Shown here: positions 18,142 through 26,778 of the stretch, one piece after another
Numbering within the stretch: position 1 is the stretch's first letter
How the letters are laid out: each line of letters begins with the position of its first letter
Source: an uncultured Gammaproteobacteria bacterium
Lineage (GTDB): Bacteria > Patescibacteriota > Microgenomatia > 2-02-FULL-39-11
Length of the DNA: 64,000 nt
Assembly: GCA_964354025.1 (NCBI GenBank)
Contig: CAYGXQ010000001.1
Coordinates: 5,963 to 69,962 of the forward strand
Direction of reading: 5' to 3'
Made by a program: the position numbers and the translations under genes
Notes under the pieces: model-generated
Seen by the model: the letters and a program-made list of their open reading frames with translations, nothing else
Databases searched by the model: none
What the model was told of the DNA's origin: nothing

Positions 18142-18200
18142 TTTTCCAATTACTAGCCTTTTGAATATAGATTCTGGTTATACCCCAAAACAGATAATAG

Positions 18201-18893
18201 TTATTTCCTTGATACAGTCTTTGCTTGGGAAAAATAAATCTTCAGTCTCAAAAGGAAATGCATCACACAGGCTGTTCCAAACACGATAGATAATTCCACA
18301 TGATTATAGAGCATATTGCCGCCTGAAAAATTATAAAACCAGGGATATTGTTTTGCCAAAATCATGATAATTCCAAAACCAAAGGAAGGGATCAGTCCCA
18401 ACAGTAAAATGCTGTCCCAAATGAGATTATGGATTTGTCTTCGTAAAACCTTCAGGGTAAACAGATATGCCACTATCGTTCCTAATAAAGGAAGATACAA
18501 ATTATAATTTCCGACAGGATTTGTTGTTTTCACATTTATCAGAGTATCGGTTGGCTTGATTTGTCCTCCGGTATCTAAAATGCCGATAAGATATTGATTC
18601 AATAAACTGTTGGCCCGGCTGCTATGGCTTTGGCCTCTGCCGTTTTTATCATTATAATCAGTGGTGGCGTCTTTGCCGCACCAGGACCGAATATCTAAAT
18701 TACTGTCATGGTCGGTCAGATAGTTGGTCAGATCATAGACGTTTTGATTAATAATCATCCAACAATCTTTTGGATTGTTATGTTGGGCAACCTGATTTGA
18801 AGTATAAGAAGTTTGGGCATACGTATTGGTAGAAAGTAAAAGAGTCATGATTAATGAAACCAAAAATGCAGTTAAAAGAGAGATTTTTTTCAT
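18201..18893 (-). CDS. Membrane protein with an N-terminal extracytoplasmic cytochrome b5-like domain
   Basis: A signal peptide is followed by HNNPKDCWMIINQNVYDLTNYLTDH...GKDATTDYN. This resembles the cyt b5 heme-binding fold, but HPGG is replaced by HDSN. C-terminal TM helices follow. Confidence 0.4.
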   Translation of the reverse strand: MKKISLLTAFLVSLIMTLLLSTNTYAQTSYTSNQVAQHNNPKDCWMIINQNVYDLTNYLTDHDSNLDIRSWCGKDATTDYNDKNGRGQSHSSRANSLLNQYLIGILDTGGQIKPTDTLINVKTTNPVGNYNLYLPLLGTIVAYLFTLKVLRRQIHNLIWDSILLLGLIPSFGFGIIMILAKQYPWFYNFSGGNMLYNHVELSIVFGTACVMHFLLRLKIYFSQAKTVSRK

Positions 18894-19005
18894 ACAAACA
18901 TAATATACAATATTCCTTAAAAATTTGCTAAAGAATTATTACAGTTTAATTTACGGCAGGAATACAATAGAATATAGGAGTTATTAATTATTAATTTAAA
19001 CAAAT

Positions 19006-20301
19006 ATGAAAATAAAATCTGTGAAAGCCCTGGAAATTCTTGACAGTCGGGGGAATCCGACAGTGGAAACATTTATCACTTTGGCCAACGGTTGTGTCGG
19101 CTGGGCGGCGGTTCCCTCAGGAGCTTCAACCGGAAAGTACGAAGCGGTCGAACTGCGGGACGGCGACAAAAAACGATACCTGGGCGCCGGAGTTTTAAAA
19201 GCAGTAGCAAATGTTAATCAGAAAATTTCCAAAGCGGTCCGCGGACTTGACGCGGGTGACCAAAAAACACTTGATAGGACAATGATTGAACTGGACGGCA
19301 CGGAAAATAAAGCTCATCTGGGAGCCAATGCTATTTTGTCTGTTTCTCTAAGCGCGGCCCGGGCACAGGCAGTTTCGGAGAAAAAAGAACTCTATCAGTA
19401 TCTGACTAAATTCAATCCCCATTTTTCCGGAACATACCTCATGCCGATACCGGAAATGAACGTCATGAACGGCGGCAAACACGCCAACTGGGCCACTGAT
19501 ATCCAGGAATACATGTTGTTTCCCATCGGCGCAAAAACAATTGCCGAAGCCATCAGGATGAACGCGGAGGTCTATCAGCTTTTGAAAAAAATCATCAAAG
19601 CCAAAGGTTATGCCATTTCCGTTGGCGATGAGGGCGGCTTCGCGCCGAATGTCGGATCCAATGAAGAACCGTTTCAACTCCTTTCCGAAGCGATTAATAA
19701 ATCCGGATATCTGCTTGGAAAAGATATTTCTCTGGGAATCGATTCAGCTGCCTCCGAATTTTACAAAGACGGCAAGTATAAGCTGAACAAAGAGGGAAAA
19801 ACAGTCACCAGTGACGGGTTGGCTGATTTTTATGCCAAATTGGCCACCAAATACCCGATTGTCTCCATGGAGGATATCTTTGCCGAGGACGATTGGAATG
19901 CCTTCCAAAAATTTACCAGGTCACAGGGCCATAAAATCCAAATTGTCGGTGATGATCTGTATGTCACCAATAAAAAAAGGTTCCAAAGGGGAATTGCGGA
20001 AAAAACCACCAATTCCATTCTCATCAAGTTAAACCAGATCGGCACTTTGACCGAAACCGTCGAGACTGTTCTTTTGGCCAAAGAAAACGGAATGACCGCC
20101 ATTGTTTCCCACCGGAGCGGCGAGACGGAAGATCCTTTCATTGCCGATTTTGCGGTGGCCATGGGTTGCGGGCAGATAAAAACCGGGGCCCCGGCCCGGT
20201 CTGAACGGGTGGTCAAATACAACCGGCTGATCAAGATCGAAAATGATTTAGGTCCGAAAGCGGTTTATCCAACGGGAAACCTGAAAGCTTTTTTAAGCTG
20301 A
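19006..20301 (+). CDS. eno: Enolase (phosphopyruvate hydratase)
   Basis: N-terminal EILDSRGNPTVE plus catalytic motifs, at full length of 431 aa. Confidence 0.95.
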   Translation: MKIKSVKALEILDSRGNPTVETFITLANGCVGWAAVPSGASTGKYEAVELRDGDKKRYLGAGVLKAVANVNQKISKAVRGLDAGDQKTLDRTMIELDGTENKAHLGANAILSVSLSAARAQAVSEKKELYQYLTKFNPHFSGTYLMPIPEMNVMNGGKHANWATDIQEYMLFPIGAKTIAEAIRMNAEVYQLLKKIIKAKGYAISVGDEGGFAPNVGSNEEPFQLLSEAINKSGYLLGKDISLGIDSAASEFYKDGKYKLNKEGKTVTSDGLADFYAKLATKYPIVSMEDIFAEDDWNAFQKFTRSQGHKIQIVGDDLYVTNKKRFQRGIAEKTTNSILIKLNQIGTLTETVETVLLAKENGMTAIVSHRSGETEDPFIADFAVAMGCGQIKTGAPARSERVVKYNRLIKIENDLGPKAVYPTGNLKAFLS

Positions 20302-21078
20302 AGAATTGGCGTAGGTTGTGACTTTGTCTATTCTTTCCTCACGGGTTAGGGGACTGGTAATTCCCGGTCCGCCGATACAGCCTCCGTCGCAAAAGAGGAT
20401 GTCCAACAGACGGACTTTTTTGTTTGTCTCAAAATTTTTGATGGCCTCCTGGCAATTATTCCAATTGGAAATAATCTGGACTTCTCCGTTGGTGAATTTA
20501 CTTGTCAGGCCACTGCTGTGGGACAATCCGCCGTCGATAGGGTAAAGCCTGGTCAGGCCGGGCTCGGAAATGTCGAATTTATCATCAGGATTTGAATCTT
20601 GCCGTATATTGAAATGTTTAAAAACCTGGTTTAGTTCATTATAAGTAACGACCAGGATTTCCAACTCGGGGAAATCCTCAGTGGCTTCCAGTTTCTTGAC
20701 GATGCACGGTCCGATAAAAACCGGCCGGTAGCCGGGATATTTCTCCCTGACGATTTTTGCGGTGGCCACCATCGGAGAATCGACGTTATAGGTCAGGTAT
20801 TTTTCATACTGGGGCATTTGTTTTCGGATCATCCTCACCACTGTCGGACAGGGACTGGTGATATAGCGGGTATTGGGATTCTCCTGCAGAAGTTTTAAAA
20901 GTTGCTCATTGGTTCTTTTGGCACCGGCGGCCACTTCAAGTGTATAGGTAAAACCGAGCTTTTTCAGCATGGTGATGATGGCTGGATAACCAAACATAAT
21001 CGGAAAAGAAGGGGCCACCATGGCGGCCAGTTTGGCCTTTTTCCCGATAAGTTCGATTAAAGTAGCGGTTTCATTCAT
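20293..21078 (-). CDS. [FeFe]-hydrogenase large-subunit C-terminal (H-cluster) domain-like protein
   Basis: TSPCP, GPCIVKK and FCDGGCIGGPG correspond to the L1 TSCCPxW, L2 MPCxxK and L3 ExMxCxGGCxxGGG motifs. L1 has a single Cys. No ferredoxin-like N-terminal domain is present. Confidence 0.55.
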   Translation of the reverse strand: MNETATLIELIGKKAKLAAMVAPSFPIMFGYPAIITMLKKLGFTYTLEVAAGAKRTNEQLLKLLQENPNTRYITSPCPTVVRMIRKQMPQYEKYLTYNVDSPMVATAKIVREKYPGYRPVFIGPCIVKKLEATEDFPELEILVVTYNELNQVFKHFNIRQDSNPDDKFDISEPGLTRLYPIDGGLSHSSGLTSKFTNGEVQIISNWNNCQEAIKNFETNKKVRLLDILFCDGGCIGGPGITSPLTREERIDKVTTYANSSA

Positions 21079-21602
21079 ATCTGCTTTTTGGCAATTTTAA
21101 ATAAAGCAAATGCGACGGTTCCGCCCATCAGGGAGGTAAACAGTTGGATCATTCCCATGGAGGTTAGGAAAATATTGGGGGCTACGTGACTACCGACCAG
21201 AATCAGGGAGGAGAAATAAAGGACGGAAGTTTTCAAAATTGAAGGAAAAATTATACTCAACGGAAAAGAGAAAACAGTTTTTATTTTTGCAAATGACCGG
21301 ATCAGGATTATGTTGCCCAGCCAGATAGACGGGAGAAACAAAATCAAAAAAGGAGTGAATTTTCCCAAGAGGATGCCGTTGGAAATGGCTCCAACACTCG
21401 GAAGAAGGGAAATAAATACGAGTTGTTTTCCCTTGACTTGTTTGGAGGAAGCGAGATACAAAAGGGCGTTGACCATGGTGCCGGTTAGCCATTGAGGACC
21501 GGTGAGAAGAAAAGGGATGGCAAAAGCGAAGGCCGGTAAAATAATTTCTAAGCTTAACAAACGGATATTGGTGATGGAAATGCTCACTGCTTTCTTTTCC
21601 AT
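21075..21602 (-). CDS. Hypothetical polytopic membrane protein, translationally coupled to the hydrogenase-like gene
   Basis: 5-6 TM helices and a 4-nt overlap with the downstream gene. Confidence 0.4.
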   Translation of the reverse strand: MEKKAVSISITNIRLLSLEIILPAFAFAIPFLLTGPQWLTGTMVNALLYLASSKQVKGKQLVFISLLPSVGAISNGILLGKFTPFLILFLPSIWLGNIILIRSFAKIKTVFSFPLSIIFPSILKTSVLYFSSLILVGSHVAPNIFLTSMGMIQLFTSLMGGTVAFALFKIAKKQI

Positions 21603-21637
21603 GGATTAATTATACAATAACTCGGAATTACCTTGTA

Positions 21638-21733
21638 GTCATTCCGACCGATTCCACGATAGTGGATGAGTGGAGGAATCTTCCCCAGTTGGAAGATCCC
21701 TCGGATCCGCCAGCTGGCGGACTCGGGATGACA
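21638..21733. repeat. MITE-like element copy E1 (imperfect TGTCAT...ATGACA terminal inverted repeats, internal hairpin)
   Basis: A 45-nt core is near-identical to the copy at 33706-33815. The ends are AGTCATTCCGAC / TCGGGATGACAT. Confidence 0.5.
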
Positions 21734-22877
21734 TAAGATACTTTAAAGTATTGCTTTGGGGTGATTCATTTACTCGAAAACAGCGGAGGTAGGGGATATA
21801 GAAAGTAAATAGCCGATTCCCAATTTTCCGGTAATTTATCTGGCACTTCAGATAATCCCCAAAAACTATCTCGTACGGTGTCGGTACGGGTATGGAAACG
21901 GTCGGAGTGGGAGTCAGCGTCGGCGTCTCTATCGATTGGGGTGTAGGAGTAGTGGTAGGAGTAATTGTTGGTGAAACCGTCGGAGTAACAGTCGGCGTTG
22001 GAGTTTGAGTAATAGTTGGGGTGATAGTAGCAGTTGGCGTTAGTGTTTGAGTTGCGGTTGGAGTAGCGGTCATTGTCGGAGTTGGAGTTTCCGTTGGAGT
22101 AACGGTTACAGTTGGCGTAATGGTTGGTGTTACAGTCGGCGTTTCTGTAGGAGTGGGAGTTTGGGTGACAGTCGGGGTAACCGTTGGCGTTGTAGTAGGA
22201 GTTTCTGTCGGTGTTTCTGTTGGCGTTATAGTCGGTGTTACTGTCCCTTCAGGCGGCTCTTGGGGACTGCTGGCATTTTGCGGATCGGATATTGCCCGAG
22301 TGACAAAATCATTTGCGTTATTATCAGAATCTTCCCCGTTTCCGGCAAATTCTTCAAGACCGCCAGGTTTTCGTTCGATACTGCCATTTGCAGTCGGATT
22401 GGTTGGAAAAGGCGCACTCTCAAAATTTTCAGCGGTACCAAATCCCACTTCATCAATAATTGAATCAGTTTGGTTCGTAAGAAATATCGTGTTATTAGGA
22501 GCGAGGATATATGAACCAGAGTTAGAATAAGTAATATCTGGAGTAACCGCTCCATCGTAAGTTGGTGAAGAATAAGTTATCAGGAAATAACTACGCGCAT
22601 TGATAGAAGTTTGTGAAGGAAGTGTGATAATGTCATAAAATGTTGTTCCGCTAGCTGACTTTTTTCTTATTTTCCATCCACTAATATCTTCCGTTTGGCT
22701 CATTGGATTATAAAGTTCGATAAATTCGTCATTAGCAGTCGCGCCAGCAATTTGTATTTCTGAAATGACGACATGGCCGGCGGCGGAAAGGACATTTTGA
22801 GGGAAGAATTTAATGAGAGTTAAAAAAACACCAAAAAGAAAACAAAAAGAAAGAGCGGGCAGGTATTCTTTTTTCAT
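21639..22877 (-). CDS. Secreted lamin-tail-domain (LTD) protein with a long Thr-Pro repeat linker
   Basis: Signal peptide; LTD motif [23 protein letters not shown]...WKI; about 110 residues of TPT(E/V/I)TP repeats. The annotated C-terminus runs into the MITE-like element. Confidence 0.65.
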   Translation of the reverse strand: MKKEYLPALSFCFLFGVFLTLIKFFPQNVLSAAGHVVISEIQIAGATANDEFIELYNPMSQTEDISGWKIRKKSASGTTFYDIITLPSQTSINARSYFLITYSSPTYDGAVTPDITYSNSGSYILAPNNTIFLTNQTDSIIDEVGFGTAENFESAPFPTNPTANGSIERKPGGLEEFAGNGEDSDNNANDFVTRAISDPQNASSPQEPPEGTVTPTITPTETPTETPTTTPTVTPTVTQTPTPTETPTVTPTITPTVTVTPTETPTPTMTATPTATQTLTPTATITPTITQTPTPTVTPTVSPTITPTTTPTPQSIETPTLTPTPTVSIPVPTPYEIVFGDYLKCQINYRKIGNRLFTFYIPYLRCFRVNESPQSNTLKYLMSSRVRQLADPRDLPTGEDSSTHPLSWNRSE

Positions 22878-22983
22878 AAATAAAATTTAAACGATGTTTC
22901 TAATATATGGTTTTGAGAAAGACAAAGTCAAGAGGGATCTGGAAAAGCCGGCGGAATTTAGCTATAATCGTCAGGCAGGTATA

Positions 22984-23727
22984 ATGGATAAACTATTTTA
23001 TATTATTATTTCCACTTTTTTCATAAGCCTTGGAGCTTTAGTCGGTGTTTTCACTTTTTCCCTCAAACAGGAAAAATTATCAAAAATACTTTTATTTATG
23101 GTTTCTCTATCAGCCGGAGCTTTGATGGGCGGAGCATTTCTTCACCTTTTGCCAGAAGCCACGGAGAAGTTGGAAGCAGAGACTGTTTTTATAATCGTAC
23201 TAATCTCTTTTATTCTCTTTTTCCTTGTCGAGAAACTATTTCACTGGAGGCATTGCCATAAAGGAAAATGTAATATTCACAGTTTCGGTTATATGAATCT
23301 TTTCGGAGACAGTATCCATAATTTTATTGACGGATTGATTATTGCGGCTACTTTTCTGACAGATGTAAAACTCGGTTTTATTACCACTTTAGCCGTTGCC
23401 TTGCATGAGATACCGCAGGAAATAGGAGATTTTGGCGTTTTGCTTTATGCGGGATTTGAAAAAGAAAAGGCATTGATAGCCAACTTTCTGGTGGCTTTGA
23501 CAGTAGTCTTGGGAGGGATTGTTGGTTATTTTCTTTCATTTAGATTACAAAATTTTGTCAGCTATCTTCTTCCGGTGGCTGCCGGAGGATTTATCTATAT
23601 TTCAGCCTCAGACTTAATGCCGGAAATAAGGAAAGAAGAAAGTCTAAAGAAATCTCTCCTTTCATTCGGAATGTTCCTGATTGGTGTTTTGCTCATGTAT
23701 TTAGTGAAACTGATGGGTTATAAGTAG
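22984..23727 (+). CDS. zupT: ZIP-family metal (Zn/Fe) transporter
   Basis: Signature HEIPQEIGDFGVLL plus multiple TM helices. The start is set at the internal ATG at 22984. Confidence 0.8.
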   Translation: MDKLFYIIISTFFISLGALVGVFTFSLKQEKLSKILLFMVSLSAGALMGGAFLHLLPEATEKLEAETVFIIVLISFILFFLVEKLFHWRHCHKGKCNIHSFGYMNLFGDSIHNFIDGLIIAATFLTDVKLGFITTLAVALHEIPQEIGDFGVLLYAGFEKEKALIANFLVALTVVLGGIVGYFLSFRLQNFVSYLLPVAAGGFIYISASDLMPEIRKEESLKKSLLSFGMFLIGVLLMYLVKLMGYK

Positions 23728-23757
23728 CCCCCAGTACCAGAGAGCCCCGCACAACCT

Positions 23758-24009
23758 TTAGTTATAAACATTAGACCGGTGGCCGGCGGTGATAATGTTG
23801 ATAACATTATCCTTTTTGTTTATTTTATAAATAATTCTAAATACTCCTATCCGATATGAATATTTTCCTAAAAGCTCTCTTCCGAGTGGTTTGCCCAAAT
23901 ATGGATCCTGTTTAAGAGTCTCGATGATTGAGGCCAATGCATTTTGGTGGATCTGTTTAATTTGTTTCAGTTGATTCTTTGCTTCCGGAGAAATGATTAT
24001 TCTATACAT
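23758..24009 (-). CDS. ParE/RelE-family toxin
   Basis: 83 aa. YRIGVFRIIYKI...ITAGHRSNVY is typical of RelE/ParE. It overlaps the upstream antitoxin. Confidence 0.7.
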   Translation of the reverse strand: MYRIIISPEAKNQLKQIKQIHQNALASIIETLKQDPYLGKPLGRELLGKYSYRIGVFRIIYKINKKDNVINIITAGHRSNVYN

Positions 24010-24284
24010 TTAGCTTGAAGCTTGAGACTTTTTTTAACTTCTTCCCAATCCAATCCCTTTCCCTCAGCAAGCTCTTTTTCCCCCTTTTTTATTGCATGCA
24101 TAAGAGTTTTATCGGCTAGAATTTCATTGGTTTCTTTCCAGGATTCATATTCTGTCGCAGAGATCAGTACCGCCGCGGGAACACCGTTGACAGTAATGAT
24201 GTATTCATCCAGAAGCCGGTTAGCTTTTTCCACAAGCGTAGTCAGTTGTTCCCTGGCTTTGGTAATTGGAAGAGTTTTAGTCAT
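23997..24284 (-). CDS. Phd/YefM-family antitoxin
   Basis: 95 aa. LPITKAREQLTTLVEKA...ITVNGVPAAVLIS is the Phd/YefM fold signature. Confidence 0.7.
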   Translation of the reverse strand: MTKTLPITKAREQLTTLVEKANRLLDEYIITVNGVPAAVLISATEYESWKETNEILADKTLMHAIKKGEKELAEGKGLDWEEVKKSLKLQAKCIE

Positions 24285-24369
24285 AATTTGATTATTAATT
24301 GATCTTACATAATTCTGTACAGATTGTCAACAGATGTAGGATATTGGTATAATCAGTCACTCTTTTTAT

Positions 24370-25320
24370 ATGAATTTAAACTCTATTTTTTTCAAAGAAC
24401 AAGTAATCAAATCTGTCAGGAAGTTTTTTGCTGATCAGAAATTTCATGAAGTGATCTCGCCGGTTCTGGGTAAATCGGTTCCCTACGAGCCGAATATTTA
24501 TCCCTTTTCTACAGTTTGGGAAAATGGCAAAAATAGAGAGATTTTTTATCTAGCTACTTCACCGGAAGGTTATATGAAAAAAGTTCTCGTCCAAGGCATC
24601 GGCAATTGTTTTACCATCGGATATTCTTTTAGAAATCAGGAAGATTTCAGCCCGATCCACCGGCCGGAGTTTCTGATGCTTGAATGGTATAGGGAAAATT
24701 CAAATTATAAAGAAATAATAGAAGACACAAAAGAGTTGATAAAATTTATTATTAATAAAATCGGTTACCGGGGAAAGAAGATAAAAACGGATAATAAATG
24801 GCCGGTTTTTTCGATGATCCAACTTTTTCAAAAATACAGCGGTTTAGATCTGGAAAAAATTATTGGCGATGAAGAGATGATCAAAGCGGCGGTGGCAAGA
24901 AACTATAATATTAAAGGCGCAAACTGGGAACAGCTTTTTAATCAAATATTTCTAAATGAAATCGAACCGCATTTAGGCAGCAACCCGTTTTTTATCATTG
25001 ATTATCCTGCGCGGATTTCTCCCCTTTGTGCCAAAAGACGGGATAAACCAAACTTTGCCGAGCGTTTCGAGTTTTACCTTGACCGGACGGAAGTGGGCAA
25101 CGGCAATACGGAAAATACAGATGTGGAAGATGTAAAAAAAACTTTTTTGGCAGAAAAAAAACAAAGAGAGAAATCCAGGATGTCGGTTTCAGCGGTTGAC
25201 GAAGAATTTTTGGAAGCTTTGGGGAAAATGAAAGAAAAAAATTACAGCGGAATGGGACTGGGAGTTGACCGGTTGATAATGATTTTGGGAGAGATCAAAG
25301 ACATAGGAGAAATCTACTGA
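24370..25320 (+). CDS. Class II aminoacyl-tRNA-synthetase catalytic-core paralog without an anticodon-binding domain (EpmA/GenX-like, or AsnA-like)
   Basis: Motif 2 FRNQEDFSPIHRPEFLMLEWY and motif 3 GMGLGVDRLIM, in only 316 aa. Confidence 0.55.
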   Translation: MNLNSIFFKEQVIKSVRKFFADQKFHEVISPVLGKSVPYEPNIYPFSTVWENGKNREIFYLATSPEGYMKKVLVQGIGNCFTIGYSFRNQEDFSPIHRPEFLMLEWYRENSNYKEIIEDTKELIKFIINKIGYRGKKIKTDNKWPVFSMIQLFQKYSGLDLEKIIGDEEMIKAAVARNYNIKGANWEQLFNQIFLNEIEPHLGSNPFFIIDYPARISPLCAKRRDKPNFAERFEFYLDRTEVGNGNTENTDVEDVKKTFLAEKKQREKSRMSVSAVDEEFLEALGKMKEKNYSGMGLGVDRLIMILGEIKDIGEIY

Positions 25321-25361
25321 ATATTCTTGTTTTATAAATAATTATCTGGAATAATGAACAT

Positions 25362-26750
25362 ATGGCCGTACAACTTGACTACCTTGCTCCATCGGGCTGG
25401 CAGCCGGAGAATCCGGATGAAAATTACGTTTTGGCCCAGTATAAACTGGAACTGGCGGACGGGATTGATAAAAGCATGTTTGTCCAGGCGGCCGCCTCAA
25501 TCGCCGCCGAATCCTCCACCGGTACCTGGACCAAAGTGGATGCGGGACCGGATTCGGGTATAAAAGTCGCCGAGCAATATAAAGCGGTCGTTTATGACAT
25601 TGATGAGGCAAGCCGTCTTTTCAAAGTCGCATATAAAAAGGATCTCTTTGAAAGAGATAATCTCTCCGGTCTTTTGGCCGGGCCGGCCGGTAACATCGCC
25701 GGAATGAAAATGGTCAAGGCTATGCGGCTTTTTGATATCCGTTTCCCCAAAGTGATGGTTGAGGCTTTCCCTGGACCAAGATACGGCGTTTTGGGAGTGC
25801 GTGACCTTTTGAGCCAAAGCGATGAACAAAGACAAATGCCGATTTTAGGCACTGTCGCCAAACCGAAAGTCGGAAGAACTGCCGGTGAGCAGGCTATTTT
25901 GGCTAAAAGATTGTGGACGGCCGGCGGAGGACTTTACGATTTCATCAAAGATGACGAGAATCTGACCAGTTTGCCTTTTAATAAATTTGAAGACCGCGTC
26001 CGTTTAGTCCATCAAGTCCAAAAAGAGCTGGAAGGAAAAGGCGGCCCCAAAAAACTGTATCTGTGCAACATCACCCATTCCAATCTCGATGTGATGTTGG
26101 AAAGAGCCAACTTGATCAAAGAAAACAGCGGCAGATGTTTAATGATTGACGCAGTGGTTACCGGTTTTTCCGCAGTACATACCCTCAGGTTGAAAAATCC
26201 GGATTTGATCATCCATGCCCACCGGGCGATGCACGGTTTTTTGACGCGGGAAAGCGGTAAAGATTTTATGGGCAGCGGATCTTTGCAGGGATTCAGTATT
26301 TCCATGATTTTACTGGCAAAAATATACCGATTATTGGGAGTGGATTCCCTGCATTCCGGTTCCCCGAAGGCCAAAATGGAGGATTACGGTGAAAGCGGGG
26401 AAATCATGCGTTTACTGACAACGGAAATTACTCCGCCAAATTCCAATTATCATTCTTTAGGGCAAAACTGGTTTGGGAAGTATAAGGTTTGGCCGGTGGC
26501 CTCCGGCGGATTGCATCCGGGAGTGATGGATAAAGTGATGGAAGCCTTCAGCAAAGATTGTTATATCCAGCTCGGCGGCGGAGTTTTGGGGCACCCGCAA
26601 GGGATAGAACGCGGAGTGGAAGCGGCCATTGAGGCAAGAAAAACTGTAATGAAAGGAATGACAATCAATGATTATGTCCGGAAATACCCTGAGTCTGCCC
26701 TTTCTGCCGCCGTCAAACTTTGGGGTACCGAGCCGAAGATTGTTTACTGA
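25362..26750 (+). CDS. rbcL: Ribulose-1,5-bisphosphate carboxylase large-subunit homolog (form II/III-like)
   Basis: GGLYDFIKDDENL, the active-site Lys context MPILGTVAKPKVG, and HAHRAMHG. Size is 462 aa. Confidence 0.85.
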   Translation: MAVQLDYLAPSGWQPENPDENYVLAQYKLELADGIDKSMFVQAAASIAAESSTGTWTKVDAGPDSGIKVAEQYKAVVYDIDEASRLFKVAYKKDLFERDNLSGLLAGPAGNIAGMKMVKAMRLFDIRFPKVMVEAFPGPRYGVLGVRDLLSQSDEQRQMPILGTVAKPKVGRTAGEQAILAKRLWTAGGGLYDFIKDDENLTSLPFNKFEDRVRLVHQVQKELEGKGGPKKLYLCNITHSNLDVMLERANLIKENSGRCLMIDAVVTGFSAVHTLRLKNPDLIIHAHRAMHGFLTRESGKDFMGSGSLQGFSISMILLAKIYRLLGVDSLHSGSPKAKMEDYGESGEIMRLLTTEITPPNSNYHSLGQNWFGKYKVWPVASGGLHPGVMDKVMEAFSKDCYIQLGGGVLGHPQGIERGVEAAIEARKTVMKGMTINDYVRKYPESALSAAVKLWGTEPKIVY

Positions 26751-26778
26751 TAGAAGAGGAGAGTATAATATAAAATCT

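Noticed and set aside
19348-20234. Minus-strand and alternate-frame ORFs inside eno
   Set aside because: They are embedded in a confidently identified enolase gene.
22047-22555. Three overlapping ORFs (138, 136 and 105 aa) antisense to or in alternate frames of the LTD gene
   Set aside because: They are artefacts of the low-complexity ACN/GTN repeat DNA that encodes the Thr-Pro linker; the Gly/Val/Trp-rich translations are not protein-like.
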